Shown: in pieces, positions 1-14,800 of the stretch
How the letters are laid out: each line of letters begins with the position of its first letter
Numbering within the stretch: position 1 is the stretch's first letter
Assembly (NCBI RefSeq): GCF_964204865.1
Contig: NC_135251.1
Coordinates: 20,956,001 to 21,020,000 of the forward strand
Origin: Styela clava
Taxonomy: Eukaryota
Direction of reading: 5' to 3'
Length of the DNA: 64,000 nucleotides
Translations under genes and position numbers: made by a program
Notes under the pieces: model-generated
Told to the model about the DNA's origin: nothing
What the model saw: the letters and a program-made list of their open reading frames with translations, nothing else
The model's database searches: none

Positions 1-43
1 TGTGCCACAGCAGTCTTGAAACAAATTTCATATCAAATCTTAC

Positions 44-3000
44 CATCCATATTTTCAATCAATTGTGAATTATTCTGAACAACGCGAACAAAGTCAATTG
101 CACCGGTGTTTGAAATAGAATGAAGGGTTGATATTGGGGCACCTTAAATAATAAAAAATGTAAGCATAATGTTCCATTTATGTAGCTTTATTCTTTATCG
201 TGTGTATTATCAGAACAATTCTCATACTTCGTAACAACAACAAACGGAAACGTGTCTAAATTACGATGTTATAAAATATATTCCAACTGGTTCGAATCTT
301 ATAATAATCGTTATCAAGACTGGAGAGTAACAAACAACATTTGTTGTATTTTTATGCGAACCTCAAAGCTTACCATTGACTGTGAAACTATTGACATTAG
401 GTCATAATACCAACTCATAAAAAACACTCTCACTATTGCTTGTATAAAATAAAAATGATCGACAATGAAAATAACAAAATTTCATTGATATGAGTTCTAT
501 TAACTCACCATTAGCAGTACCACCACAATTAATGACAACGTACGATCCACCAGGACTAAACGTTGGTTGAACCCAGTTACAACGATCTGCATATAGTGTG
601 TTCAAACCACATGAAATACATTCTCTTGGGTCGTCAGTGTTCGCTGAAATGTAGTGGGCTTATGTTATTGTGTTTTGTTTATACTATGGAAATATAGTGC
701 GTAATCTGATATTACAACATATATATCTATAGTTAGGAACCAGATTATTAAAATTTATAAATTAGAATTAGTTGATCATTTTTATGCGTTTATCAATACG
801 AGAAATAGTTGTAAAAAATATTTTTTCTCCCTTGAATAGAAAAATTCCCACAATATGTTAATCATCGTTAGTCAATCATAGTTTTTGACGTAGTCACAGT
901 TAAATCAATGAGTATGAAATATCATTTATCATATCTTTGTGTTACATTTTTAGAACCTATTCTATTCCATTTTTCCTAGTTGAAAATCTAAAATGTATGT
1001 ACATTTGACTCGCCACAAATGACGTATTCTCGGCAATCCTTCCCCGGATTCTTCTGCTTTTTCTGTGCTTGTGTAGTAAATCCAGTCGTTTGTTTCGTCA
1101 TAGAAAAAAATAGCGTGATCTCCAATACCAGTATCAGTTATCTATCGAAAGGTAATATTAAAGAAAAGGGTAACAAATTTAAAAAAATTCCCGATCTTGT
1201 GCTATCGATTCGCTTTCTACAGGACTGCTCATTCTCCTTCTATGCTCAAGTGCCAGTGTATTCATATGCATGTAAATTTTATGCAAGGATGCTGTGGCAA
1301 TAGTAAAGATAATTATCTTAAGTGATGTAAGAGTCTCGCTGCACACTAACACAAATATATATACGTGTGTAACATATAATCGTATTATATAGTCTATTAT
1401 ATAGAAATATATTTGTGTCAGTGTACAGCAAGACTCTTGAATGAGGTATTATTTTTCCCATCTGTCTTTGGAAAACCCTTACCTCGTAGTTGCCACTAGT
1501 TCTCCAATCTTTAGCATCAGTTTGTGTATCAACAACAACAATGTGAGGAAAACCAGTCGAATCACTCAACACAGTCATGTATTTATTTTCATCCGGCATT
1601 CTTACCAAATCAGCAGGTTTGTAGTGACCAAGCCATCCAGTGCTACTACTGGTTTCCATGTTCGAAACTGGAAACGAGAATTAAAATAAATATTTAAGGT
1701 ATTTTCATTTTTTAAGAAAAGTTCTCAAAAAAGGGCACAGTCAATCTAATGCTAGATTATGTCAAATTACGAAGATAGTGTTAATTTTCTATGTTAAAGT
1801 ATTATTAAATAGACAAACGCAATGGTAATGGCCTATATTTACACTGGTTCTGAACCAGTGGGCCATGGCCCACTGCTGGGCCACAGAACGAATTTGAGGT
1901 GGCCACAGAACTATTAAAATTGCTAGTTTTGTTTATGTCACAATAGTTAATTTTGATTGTAGCAGCAATCAATAACGATGCTGTTAAAGTGCAGAAAGAT
2001 CTTGATTTTTTTCGTAGTTTACCCCTTGCAATAAAAAGTTGATGAGCCACAAGAATTTTTGAGCAACAAAAATGGACCACAGGAGAAAAAGGTTGAGAAC
2101 CACTGGGCCTTAGAAGTTAAAGGAAGATAAGTATGTACCATGGGAACATGTAAATCCTGATGCAGAATCACAGGACTCAGACACAGACTCATTTTCAAAC
2201 CGGTTTTTCCAGGTAGGAGTAAACATGGTGTCGCTTCTCCAGATAGCTGAATTCAAATAAAACTCTCCCCAATCAGTCACTGCCTGAATAAAATTATGAA
2301 AAATACCATACCATGTTCAGCTTCTTACCACATAGGGCTGGTTTCAGTGAAAATTGCAGAAAAATTTAACATGTTCCAACTACAATCACACATAAGCTAT
2401 ATTAAAAAAGTGTACATATTGTTACATCGCTGCTTGATAACCAGCTTTGGTTCCCCGCGGCTTCTCTTCCTCAGTGAAATGTGTTTTTAATATTATTTAT
2501 TGGTCTTAATTTTGCATGTTAACTTCTTTACTAGATGGAAAAAATAACTTTACTATGATTATGATCACTCAAAACTTGGTAAACTCCTACTAGATTTTCG
2601 TTTTCAGTCCCATCTACAACCTATCAAACGCGACCAAGTTTTTAATTCCATTACAATATGGGAGGATCTAATAATTTTCCGATTTTAGTCGTATTTTAGA
2701 TTTAGATAAACACATCATTTTGGAGAAGTAGAATACTAACAGAGCTCGGAACGGCTTCAACGTTATTTGCGGGATCTGACATATCTGCAACAAAAGTTTT
2801 AGTTTGAGGCAACGGAGTGCCAGGCTTTGGATACGGGAAACTGATCATGTTCGGATATTGCAATCCACCAAATATAGCAAAGTCAAAATTCTTCACATTG
2901 GTTTCATCGATTCTGGAAATAGGAAATAAAATAATAGAATCGAATATGATGAATATCTGGTTAAGTTGTTTGGAATGACATTCTTACGTTGCGTATGCTA

Positions 3001-6000
3001 GGTACGATCCAGATGGAGACCACCAGAGTAAAGCGTCATCATTTGTAATTTCAATCCAATGCAACCAGTCAGCTATACCGTTAAATTTAACATTTTCTTC
3101 ACCGTCATGTGTTATTCTTGCTGGTGCTGCTTTGAAATCCTACAACAGAACATAGAACAATGATTAAGTAAAGATTAAAATAAAATACAATAAATTATAC
3201 TAAGTAAGTATACACGCAACATTGAATATCGTAATTCAACTCATAGTTATCAATTAGCAATCGAAAAATCACAGAAGCACTTTTTGAATCTATCTAATTC
3301 TAAGTAAGTTTGATCAAAACAATGATATAATCACACTAAAGAAAGAAACGGACTTTTTATATGTTCACCTAATAAATATTACCTAATATTAATCTAATTT
3401 TACTTACAACAACGACATAGACGTCAAAGTCATGAACGAACGCCATCTTGTTACCAACAGGAGCCCACTTGATTTTTTGTATTTTATCAGCTGGAAAATT
3501 TGGAATCGTCTGCTTCGTTCTGAAACAAAACTGTTAAAATAATTTTGAGAAAGAATAATGTATGTATAAATAAATGTGAATATTTGTCATCATTGTGATT
3601 CGTACGTATAAAAAATTGATTATTTAAATATATTAAATAATAATATTTGATTTTGATTAAACATTGAGAAAATAAAAGATAACACTTTTGTATGGATACA
3701 CACAAACCTAAACAGAATGAAAAACCCAATCTTGGCTCATATGAATCTTAAAGATTATGCTTTATATTTTACGTTTCATGTCAAAAGGTACGAAATTTTA
3801 AATAAAATTTACTCACGAATCAGAAGTTGAAAACACGTCCACAGAAAAAGTTTTCATGTAATTAGCATATCCCTGAAAATAGGAATAATTTTTGACACTG
3901 ATTAAATATTTTATATAACAACGATGCATGAATGTAACAATACTAGTCAACAGTACTCAATAAAATTATACATTTTTTTTCATTGTTTATTAAACTTATT
4001 ACTTTATTGATCATTGTTTATCAAGGCAATATCCATATTTAGTATATATATGTTCGAAATTTCACAATTGTAATCTATTACATAATGACAGCAATTGTCA
4101 TCTATATAAGTTCGGATTTGTATATTCGGATGTTTTATTTTTATCATGCAAGAATCAATGCAAGAAAAAGTGTATAACATAATAAAAAAAAGTAAATGTA
4201 CACATAGGATATAACGTCAGAGATCCACTGCAATCGATAAGGGGTCGCGAAGGACTGTAACAGTCTTCGGGTCAGCGACACCTGTTGGCTGAATAATTTA
4301 GAGGGAAATTATTAAAATAATTCGTGTATTATGAAATCATTCACATTAGTTTGATGAGTTGCAAAAGGAATTTAAGTTCAGAAACCATAAAGGTACTAAT
4401 GAGCAATTCAAGAAATCACCATCGGCAACGTACAAACACAATAGAACTGTGTTGGCAAATAATATCACGTAAGCGAAGTCATATGACTACGTACTGTTGA
4501 CTAGTGTTATGTCATAATTACTCCCTTTATTATTATGATAGATTGAATTGTTGTGCTAAAACTATTCTCAATAAACTTATACCCACATCAGTATTTTCAT
4601 AAGTGATTGCTACATATTCCATATCAGCAGATATTGAATAAGATGATGGATTTGATACGCTTTTCTAAATAAGAAAAATATTGAAAAACTAAGATATAGA
4701 CACGAGTGTATTCGATCCATCTAATTAATTACAGACTGTATCATGAAAGCTATGTAGATCGATCTGACATAGCCTACCGTTAAACAGCAATCGAAAAATA
4801 GACAATTTTAAAGTCAAGCATATGGTAAGTATACGACGTACAAGTCCCATTGATGGTAAAATACATTTAGTTGAATAGAAATTGAATGAGATATGACAAC
4901 TAAATTTCTGTTCCCTTATAGATTTAGAAAATAAATGCTGTTTAGGAAATTATGAGAGTTTAGCATCCTATACAAGTTTGAGGTAGCGACGTTGATCAAA
5001 ACTAGCTTTTTTTCATTTTTATGCCTCACACAAATAATATTTTGTTACCCATGCAGTCTCGTCCAACAATACACTTTCATCTTCGCTACTTATATTTTTC
5101 TTCATTATTGACCCTTCTGGTGTTCTATACGCGTATTCAGAATCTACAATTTAGAATTTTTACAATCAAAAGCGCAATCCGCAAAACAATATATGAAAAG
5201 GGGAATTAAAAATTTCCAAATGCTGATACTACATAATAGTTGACACGTATAAAAATTGAGGTACGTAACGAATTTATTGAATATTAATAATTTCAGAGCG
5301 AAATCTTTATCTCGCCAGAGCCAATTTCAGGTCCGTTCATGCCATACACATAATTGTATTTTGAGACACGGTGATACTAAAAATCCAGGGACTATAAAAA
5401 TCCAAAGGTAAATAAGCATTTTTCCTTTATAGTCATCGAGAACAAGATTTGCTGAATGTTTAAAATGCCACGACGTCACATCTGATGGCGACAGTGACGT
5501 TAATATTCCATTGTAAACGGTCCCTTTAAAAAAGTTCAAACTTCTTGAATTGATTTATTGTGTTTGTTTGAAAAATGGGGTCTCGTGTAGTTTCGTACCA
5601 CAATAACCTCTAGTGGGCGTGGAGCAACAATTTTTTTGGCGCCCCAGAAGTATGTGCACCAAGATGGCGCACAACCTGATAACCCAAACCTGGTACACAT
5701 ATTATGTTCAGGTTGTGCGCCATCTTGGTAAACATACTTCGGGAGCACCTTTTTTATATGTCATTCCTAACCCCCACCGGACTACGTCATCCAAAAGTTA
5801 CGTCACCAAAATATGCATTGCAAGACGACCAACGCGCCTTTAAACTCTTCATTTCAAGTCTCCTGAAAACTGACTATATTTGCTTATATAGTCCAATGTA
5901 GAGACTTATCGAATCTAAACGATTTGGGCCAGGCGAAATAAGTTTGGTATGTCCCAATTTTTGGCGGTATTAAAAATAACTGGAAAATATTGAATTCACA

Positions 6001-6050
6001 ATGCCAATTGGAATTAATTTTGCAAAGTAAACGGTTCTAGCTTGCACGAC

Positions 6051-6081
<31 letters not shown>

Positions 6082-6639
6082 GGCGTTATCATATAAAAAA
6101 AATGATTATAGAAAGACTTAGTATTACCTGATAACCAATTCGGATAGAATGTCGAATAACGGAATGTTCCAGACAGCCAATCATCAAATGTCATGTATTG
6201 TTTGTTGTCGGCTTTTTCTTGCACCATACCTAAATAGAGTGTTAAATAGTGATGACTATATTTTAAATATCAGTATGTTGCGAACATATAATAATATTCG
6301 AACTGTGTTACTTTTATAAGGCTAAACGATAATTTACACTACTATATAATCTACATGTGTGTATTATCTTATAGTAAAATTCAATCTCAATTTCAGTACC
6401 GCAGAAAAGGATGAAACGGGATTTCCTTGATTATAAGATATAAATTTTAAAAATTACTTGTTCTAGATTTACATGCTTATGCTCATTTTTTATATAAATA
6501 CTATACCCATGGGTTCCACATCTTTCTTTACCAGGTGTTCTTCTTTTTTATCTTGACCTCGAATATTCCAAGCAGTAATACATAAGACTGCTACAACTGA
6601 CATAAACCCCAATGCTATTGTTAATTTTAGCCTTGCCAT
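44..6639 (-). CDS. DPP4-like: DPP4/FAP-family (S9B) dipeptidyl peptidase-like paralog A; partial, catalytic-domain exons lie beyond the left edge
   Basis: 13 GT-AG exons splice in frame: 6639-6507, 6229-6128, 5143-5049, 4664-4587, 3872-3817, 3519-3408, 3139-2988, 2912-2741, 2283-2139, 1667-1483, 1141-1003, 643-509, 142-44. The protein starts with a signal anchor (MARLKLTIALGFMSVVAVLCITAW). Propeller motifs NGIADW, LLWWSPSGSYLAY, YPKPG, RHLWRV and CISC..C..FSPGGSYVVINCGG match DPP4. Exon phases match paralogs B-D. Confidence 0.93.
1212..1442 (-). mobile_element. Diverged copy of the PLE-like foldback element
   Basis: Shares ctatgct..gtgcc, tgcaaggatgctgt and the arms aagagtct.gctgcacactaacacaaatata / atatttgtgt.agtgt..agcaagactctt with 32612-32914. 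Confidence 0.75.
1842..2105. mobile_element. hAT-type MITE
   Basis: TIRs cactggttctgaacc / ggttgagaaccactg; homologous to 49148-49419. Confidence 0.75.
5641..5747. mobile_element. Short palindromic MITE
   Basis: Arms gaagtatgtgcaccaagatggcgcacaacctga / tcaggttgtgcgccatcttggtaaacatacttc; related to the 27533-27747 family. Confidence 0.75.
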
Positions 6640-8488
6640 TCCCAATATAGAACCGAATAAAATATACTAAAATGTTGAAAATATAAAACATATTAGTATA
6701 CATATGATTGGTAGTCCACAAGGAGGTCTCGGCCAATGAAACTATTCTTTTCTTTATTATACTGATGTAAAAGCAAAAATACTTCAGCGGTCGTCGTTTA
6801 TTTTAGAGACTCTACCCTCAATTGCCAAATCATTTTATTCTTCTCGATAAACCGTATATTTGTGCGCAATTTGCAGTCTGTCCTGCAGCCTGGGAGTAAT
6901 CATTGTTGATTAGCTTTGACAAACCACACCTCAACCACAAATACTTGTTATCCTGATCTTGGTTAGATAGTCATCACAATCACAGCTGATACTCATTCTC
7001 GACCCTTAAGCAAAGCTTTACAGCAACATCTAGTTTGGCATGTTCAAATTCATGTAGAAAATTCACAATTCAACACTTCACTGCAACGACAAAGAACTAG
7101 ACAATTGCATAACTGTACAGTACTTGAGATTATTACAGTTTGATTATTATTTGAACACGCCTCTTTATACAACACAGCTTCTTCGATGGATATAAAATAA
7201 TTCACGTGAAGCCCATTTTACTGACAGTTGTTCCTTCGTGTAGTTTATTTTACGTTAATGTGTAATCAACATTTACCGAGATTGCAGGTGGATAATATAC
7301 AATGCAAACATGCGTAGCGCTCGCTATCTGTTTACGACAGTTTTGCCGTAGCAAACATTATCATTCGGCGACTTGCTTGAGTTGCAAAATTTTATTGAGT
7401 CAAATGGCATTTTGTCATAACTAAGTTTTTAAACCTGATCATACGGCTGTAATATTGAAAGGACATGATGTTCAAAACAAGCGTATGTTATAAAGAAATG
7501 GATGCATTTGTATCACAATTTCTGGAGAGATTTTACTAATATCTATATATACAGTATTCGATTTTAAATATAATGATTTTTGAATGACACCCCAACTGCT
7601 ATTACGCTTGTATTATGTTTCTTAAAAATAACCAAAGCTTCATGATTTTCAGAAATATAATACTTTGTAAGTGTACATGTAAATGACGGAGAATTCAACA
7701 ATCTAAATACAGAGGTATGATTGCAAAAATGTGGTCATTTTTGTGGAACGACTGGTTAGGCTAAAAAGCATGTGAAACTAAACTTCAAAATAATTTGAAG
7801 CCTTTCTTATTACCGTTATCACTTTCATAGTAAGAATATTGTCTACACGGTTGATGAGCATAACGAATTTCTACAATAATGAAGATTCATTTGTCATAGC
7901 AAAGCAGAAAACGTTTTCGGTCAATGAAGCGTAAATTATTGAAGTAGATTACGCAACTACATTGATATCAGATTGAATTAAACTGGAACGGTTGAACAGA
8001 AATAGCTGATAAAATGTCCGGTGAATAAATATTGACGTTAAGACTGTCATTTTTATTGCGTTCCATTTCTTTCAAAATTATTAATTTTCACGAGTATGCG
8101 GCTTGCGAAATCATTCACAAAGCAAATAATACTTGCCGTGTAAATAAATGCACATTTGCAGTATGAATGGAAATTTTACAAAATTGTACGGCTTACAACT
8201 AAAATTTGGCACACACGAAAAGTAGTTTGGATTGTTGTTTCAGATGAAAGTTGCGTTTAGCATATTAGATTTTATGCTTGAAATAAGCTTCTTATTAAGT
8301 TAAAACGATCCGTTAATATAGCTAATCAATCATGCATATAACAAAATTGCAATGATATTGAAAATACGAATCGATTTAGATCCTTTTTAATTTTGACGGA
8401 AATTGGAAAATTGAAAGGAAAATTGCAAGATATTTAACTATTTGATGAGTTGTCTAGATATATGAGCTAGGTTGGTGATCACAAAGTA

Positions 8489-8504
8489 CACCATCTAGTG
8501 GTGG
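8489..8504 (-). promoter_or_regulatory. CTCF-like motif between the divergent starts of paralogs A and B
   Basis: The minus strand reads ccaCCACTAGATGGTG, close to the CCASYAGRKGGC consensus. Motif match only. Confidence 0.35.
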
Positions 8505-8812
8505 ACTGTGGAGGTTATTGATCTTCATTTAAAAGTTGCCTAATGTCAATCTTTGTATCTCGCTCTATATGAACCTTTTGACAACATATCACCTTTTGAG
8601 TTTATTTTTTTAATGAGCTATTAACAAACCAATAACGTTACAAATTAATTTTGCTGATTGCATGAGATTTGTCGACAAAGACGTGGGAAGACTAACGTTA
8701 CAAATTTCATAAACTTTTGCTACTCATCATATATTATGATTTAATAATTCATAATGGTAACTATATTTGTAAGTGTAAACCATACACTCCATACCAAGTT
8801 TAGAATTTTCTG

Positions 8813-11800
8813 ATGGATAAGTTTAAAAAGGTAGTGAGTATCGCTTTGATTATTGTTGGTGTCATCTCGTTCGTGATCTTGGTAGATCATTCAGGTGCTA
8901 CGGACGATGTAAAAGCTTTGAAAAGGGCAGGTAAGTGACTATGTTCATAAAACAAAATACATATAATTTTATTTTAATATTACAATGCTTGACATTTGGT
9001 ACAAAAATATGGCAAAATCAACATAAGCTTCTCAATTTTGCAAAATTGGAACATGATTTCGATGATTAATCGAAATTATAAAATGAGTTAATGATTGTAC
9101 TCATCGGAGTATTTCTATATATTTTTTTGCAGTGGTTGTGGAACCAAAATTGGACAACAAAAAGTACATGACTTTCGATGACTGGGTACAGGGTAAATTT
9201 GAGCCAAAATCATTCTATCCCACGTGGGTTTCAGGTAACAGCTTATTTATACATGACCATTTAAATTAAATGTAAATTAATTATATTTAAAGCATTTTTA
9301 ATAAAATAAATGTACTTTAAATGACTTTTACTTAATGCATGCGTGTAAGAATTTCACAACAAAATGATCGGTTAATTCAGAGAAACAGTTTTAGCTGTCA
9401 AGTATGGATGAAATGGTTAAATAAACCTAAATAAACAAAGTCAGTGAGTTTTAACAATTACAATGCGTTTCTATATTAGACAATTTGATTCTTGTATAAC
9501 GCTCGAGCTATTTTACCCTCTTGTTTATTTTTACTGTGTTCTTTTTTCATCCATGTTTAAATTTTGTGACATTCTATCAGTAGATTTTTAATAGATTTCT
9601 TTCTGCTATATTACTTACTTCCATTTAGATTCTGAATACATTTATCGAAATAATGATGACGCAATAATGAAGAAAAGCATTAGTAATGATGACGAATCTG
9701 AACTTCTAAGTTCCTCTGCATGGGTAGACTTTCTCAAATAAATGTTGATTTTTTCATTCTAATATCAAAACAATCACGGAATTATATATTTTTTAAAACA
9801 AAATTCATTATCATTTTACTCAAACTAAATTTAAGATAAAAATATATTTCTTTGATTTTATAACATGATTATTTAGGAAGTCCGATAATACTTGTCTTGA
9901 CAAATTTGCTTTTCGTCTTTTTAATCTCCGAAAAATTTTAAACCTGAAATTCACTACAAACAATCAATGCTTAGTTGAATTCATTCTATTGCTAAGTTTA
10001 CGGAAACAATACATTGTTTCAAACGAATATGAAAACACATATTTTTATCAATCCAAATAAATTATTACTTTACTGTTATGTTTGTTTCTAAATTTTCTCT
10101 TGTTTTATAGAAAAGTTTGAGAAATCCGTCATTATTCTACGCTTCTGCTGACCTTCAATATGTGGCAATAACTTATCAACACAAAGATGTAAGTCATGAT
10201 TGACATATAAATATCTTTGGTTTCTTATTTTTTTAAAGGCAATTATTTGGAGGCAAGCTATTGATTTTTGACAACATTGTAATTTACAAAATGATAAATT
10301 TTTAGATGTTAAAAAAGACATTTGTCTATAAATGATGACATTTTGGCATAATTTGCAAAACCTATTACCAAAAACTGTCTCATATTTATATGGGTTCAAT
10401 ATTTTTCTACATTTTTGATGACTTCACGGAAATATTGAAATATAAAACTAACCAATTACGATATTTTCAGTCCTACGTTGAGTACCTGAGGACATTTTCC
10501 GTATCAATGTTTAGAACCAACGATTCGTGAGTATTTGAATAAAATGAACAAATGCATTTTATATTTAGGAAAGCTGTGTATAAAAGGTATGTGTGTATAG
10601 GTAATAACTGGTGCTATCACCTAACTATGATATAAAGTGATATTGTGTGATTTAATGTGCGGGTCACATCAGAAATACTTGAAGTTATAGATCATCCAAC
10701 CTGTGTTGCTTGGACTTTATTGCAGTAGTAATGGACAACAGTGGGTCAGTTTATCCCGGCACTTACTCACTATTTTAATATATTTATATGACCATCACTC
10801 CAAATAGGAACTAAAAAAATAAAACAAACATAAAAAAAAACAGGAGTTACAAATACCAAATTCCAGAGCGTAATGACGAGCTGCACTCACTAAAAACACC
10901 AAAAGAAGAAAGCCTGCCGGAGAACTCACGTATGCCACATTATTGATCGGAATAGACAACCAAGTTGGCTCAATAAAATATATTTAAGACTCGCGTGTTC
11001 TAAAGCATGAGAATAATACATGCAATTAATTATTAGTAATAAATTATGGATAAAAAATTAGTTTATTCGTCAAAATGTGAATCTACTGCGCTTATAAAAT
11101 TAAATAGTAACGCACGACTGACACGACTACAGAACATAGACAGCGAAGGATTTCTAGAACACAACCTAGTGTCCATAATTAAAATGATGGAACATTTCTT
11201 ACACTGTGAGTCTTACAATCATATGAAATAACGGTTAAAACGTAAATAGAATAATGGTTGAAATTTAAACAAGTTTGATGAGTTCAAACAAGCACATTAA
11301 AAAAATAGAATATATATATAAATTTTTGCCTATAAGATTTGTACTTAATGAGCAGCTCAGGAAATTGACAAGGCTATAAATATCTATTATGTTTAATTTA
11401 AAATATTCATTTCAAAACATCACAAGCATTTAACTTTTATACTCGTTCATTATTCCTCAGACAACAAGTTTTCTCACGAGGCTTTCCCGAAGAAGGAATT
11501 CTAAAAATTAAATGGGATTCTGTTGAACACAAGATGGCGTATGTGTATGATTTCAATGTCTTTTTGTTGTTGGTATGTATCCAAAGCTATATTTGATCAC
11601 TTTGATTCATATACTATATAAAACGCTGAAGCAATATATGTTGTAATGAAATATAACCAACCATCCAAATGAGCGATATAAACGATGTAAGAACCATTCT
11701 TAGTGCTCTTTTAGGACTCCACTGTCTTCAATTATTGAACATGATGTTAATTTGCAGTTGAATTTAATAGCGCTTAACTATCCACCACGTTTTCAGAATT

Positions 11801-14800
11801 TCTCTTCCAGTCCAATACAGTACATTACCGAGGATGGTAAAAACAACATCATTGTCAACGGAATATCTGACATAACAAACGATGATGCGCTGATGTGGTG
11901 GTCACCCAATGGAGCCTATTTGGCATATGTGAAGTAAGATTAAAAGATTCTTCATAATTAATTATATCTGATGTTTTATTACGGGTATTCAACTTCTTTA
12001 ACTTCTATTAAATTTTTTGATTCAAAAAATGAAAACAGAAAAATGTGCCAATGCACTTGGCAATTATTGGTTTAAAAAAATAATCAAAAGTTTATGATAG
12101 ATTTGGTTGATGTGTTGGTCTTGTTCTATGGATATATTATTTTAACAGCATTATATCTTTTTTCACTTGTTTTATTAGATCGAATCAGACTGGAGTAGAA
12201 CGTTTTGAATTTCCCTACTATGGAGGAAGTCAGTATCCCACGATGGTCAGCTATCCTTATCCTAAACCTGGAAAGCTTATCTCGAAAACATTAATATTCA
12301 TTATTAATGTAGAGAATCCAACAGAGAGTTTTGAAGTGATACCAAGTGATGTAGGTGGCTACATATATTTTATAAGTCGTTTGAAGTATATTAGAACACT
12401 TGACAATGCGATTAGAAATAATTCGAATATTATCCTATTTGATATATAATTCTTCCTAAGAAATGGCCTGTCTTAAATAAATTCAATTTTAATTTTAATC
12501 ATTCTAATATTAATAATATAACTAATAAGGTAAATAAAACAAATAGCCCGACAGCAATGTTCGATTATATCTATTGATATGTCAATCCTAATTTCTTTCT
12601 AAACTTCTGAAAAATTGTAATGAATATTGAAATCCTACTCAATCTCAAAGTCAAGCATTTGAAAACACAATAGCACTTCAACGTTTAGTTAGTTTACGGT
12701 TTTGTATTCTATTAATTTACGTGAAGTTGTTGAAACCTTGTCACAGAGTGTCACAGGCTGGAGAGAATATTATTTAAATTCTGTAGTTTGGAAAAATGAC
12801 CAAATCTTCATGCCAACCTGGAAAAATAGACTTCAAAACGAAGCAATTTCAGAAAGTTGTATTTCAATATCAAATTTGTGGACATGTAATCATGGTAATA
12901 TTTTTAAAATGTTTTTTAAGAAATCTTTGATTTGTTTTTATACCTCATTTCATTTCTATACCTTCTGTTAACACACGCGAGGATCGAAAAGATCACTTTT
13001 TTGTGTCATTTTAGAATTACAAAATGCCTTTGCATTTTTACTATCATCCTTTTGCAACTGCACCTACAACTATTTGTCCAAACCCATTTCTTTATTCTAA
13101 GCAACTTTGATTGTTCAATAAACTTTTCAAAAATAACCGGATGATTGGTTATTTTGCGATACAATATATGTTCTATTCAAACGTAATGGTATCCACATAT
13201 TAAGATTCGAAATACAATTTATATAATAGGGCACATATACGGTTTCAATTAAGTTTAAATTTGTCGTTTATATATTATTTAGTTTCCGAAGACGTCATCA
13301 TTGGTCATAACAGTTGGTTAGGTGAGTTTGAACCATCAGATGTATATCCGATTCCAAATACAAACGAATATTTGACTGTGCGGGAAAACAGCCTTGGGTA
13401 TTTGCACCTAGTACTCGTTAACCGAACAAAGAATTCTTTGGATTGGAGAACAAATGGAACATTTGAGGTTAGTTATCATTGTAAATACCGAATGTTTGAA
13501 TACGAATACAAATATGGGCGCTCCCGTAGTATGTGAATCAATATGGTGGACACCTGAACATAGTATGTCGTCACGCTAATAACCGAATTGCGTAAGTCAT
13601 TTTTGGCAGTTTTGAGAAAAACGTAAAAAACTTCTTAATGATATTGTTATGCCATTGAGAGTCAATAATTTGCCATGGTTCAATTTTTTGATCGTAGCCG
13701 GATTTAAGTTAATTTGTATGACGCAGTTAAGTGACGTCATAATGGCGCACTGTGACTTAGGCAGAAATGTGTCTATGACTTGGGGACATACGCAATTTTG
13801 CAACTTTACTATATGCACCAGTCCTGAAGACTAAACATTCGAAAAACAAATGTTATTCTCAGTATCTACAATGTCAAAATAGCTGATCAGTTTCAATTAC
13901 ATTATTTTTTATGTTTAAAAATATATATTCCATCAATATAACACGTTCTGCACACCCACCGAAATAAGACTAAGATTAAATATAAGAATAAAACAGCAAT
14001 GCACCCAATATAAAAGCCAACCAAGGTGAATTGGACTCGGACAGTGAATATCACAAGTGCAGGTCTTCCTATACTGTAGTATAAATTCAAATTAATACGC
14101 GCTAGGCTAGAATCCGAGATGCAAAAACTCGAAAATACTTCGCCGAGGTTATTTTGTCTTTGTGACGTCACAATAGTCATGCGGTAACAATGATAATTCC
14201 TTATGACGAAACAATTGCACAAATGTACATGTCATACTAAATCTCCAATTTTATGGGTTTCGGAATTCTTAAAATAAAAATCTGAGTTAACAGACAGGTG
14301 CGCAGCATTACATAAATACCTATTTTATAAAAAACTCAAAATCGCCAAAAATGACTTACGCAATTCGGTTATTAGCGTGACGATGTGTACCAGGTTAGGG
14401 TTAGGCCATAATTTTATTCCAATTTTCCCTATTTTAGTTCTATTACGAGTTCGGGGACTAGCCATGTGAATCCCGTAGTATTTGTATCTGAAATTATGGC
14501 CTAACCCTAACCTGGTACACAAACTACCTTCCGGTGTCCGCCTTGGTTCACATACTACGGGAGAATACTACAAATCAAATTTGTTTTACTTTTGGTGCGC
14601 TCGGTAGTCCGCATTCTAGGATAGCAAAACCCTATTCGAGAAAATTGAAACAAACTCGGGAACCTGAAATGATTTCTGAGCGGATGTGGATGAAGCAATA
14701 TTCCCTATCTGGACAGTATCAGAATGATACAATCCACCAAGTGAACAAAAATGGCCGAATATATTCGAAGAGTCAAAATAATGTGGACCATAACTGAAGG

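Noticed and set aside
2436-2476. Possible hammerhead on the minus strand (CTGAGGA...AAAGC)
   Set aside because: No pairable stem II and no GAAA core.
13902-14222. 106-aa ORF repeated at 51573-51914
   Set aside because: It lies in two copies of a non-autonomous TIR element and has no transposase motif; the similarity reflects DNA identity.
14392-14512. TTAGGG/CCCTAA telomere-like repeats
   Set aside because: Only about two units, and they are internal inverted repeats of a MITE also present at 27533-27747.
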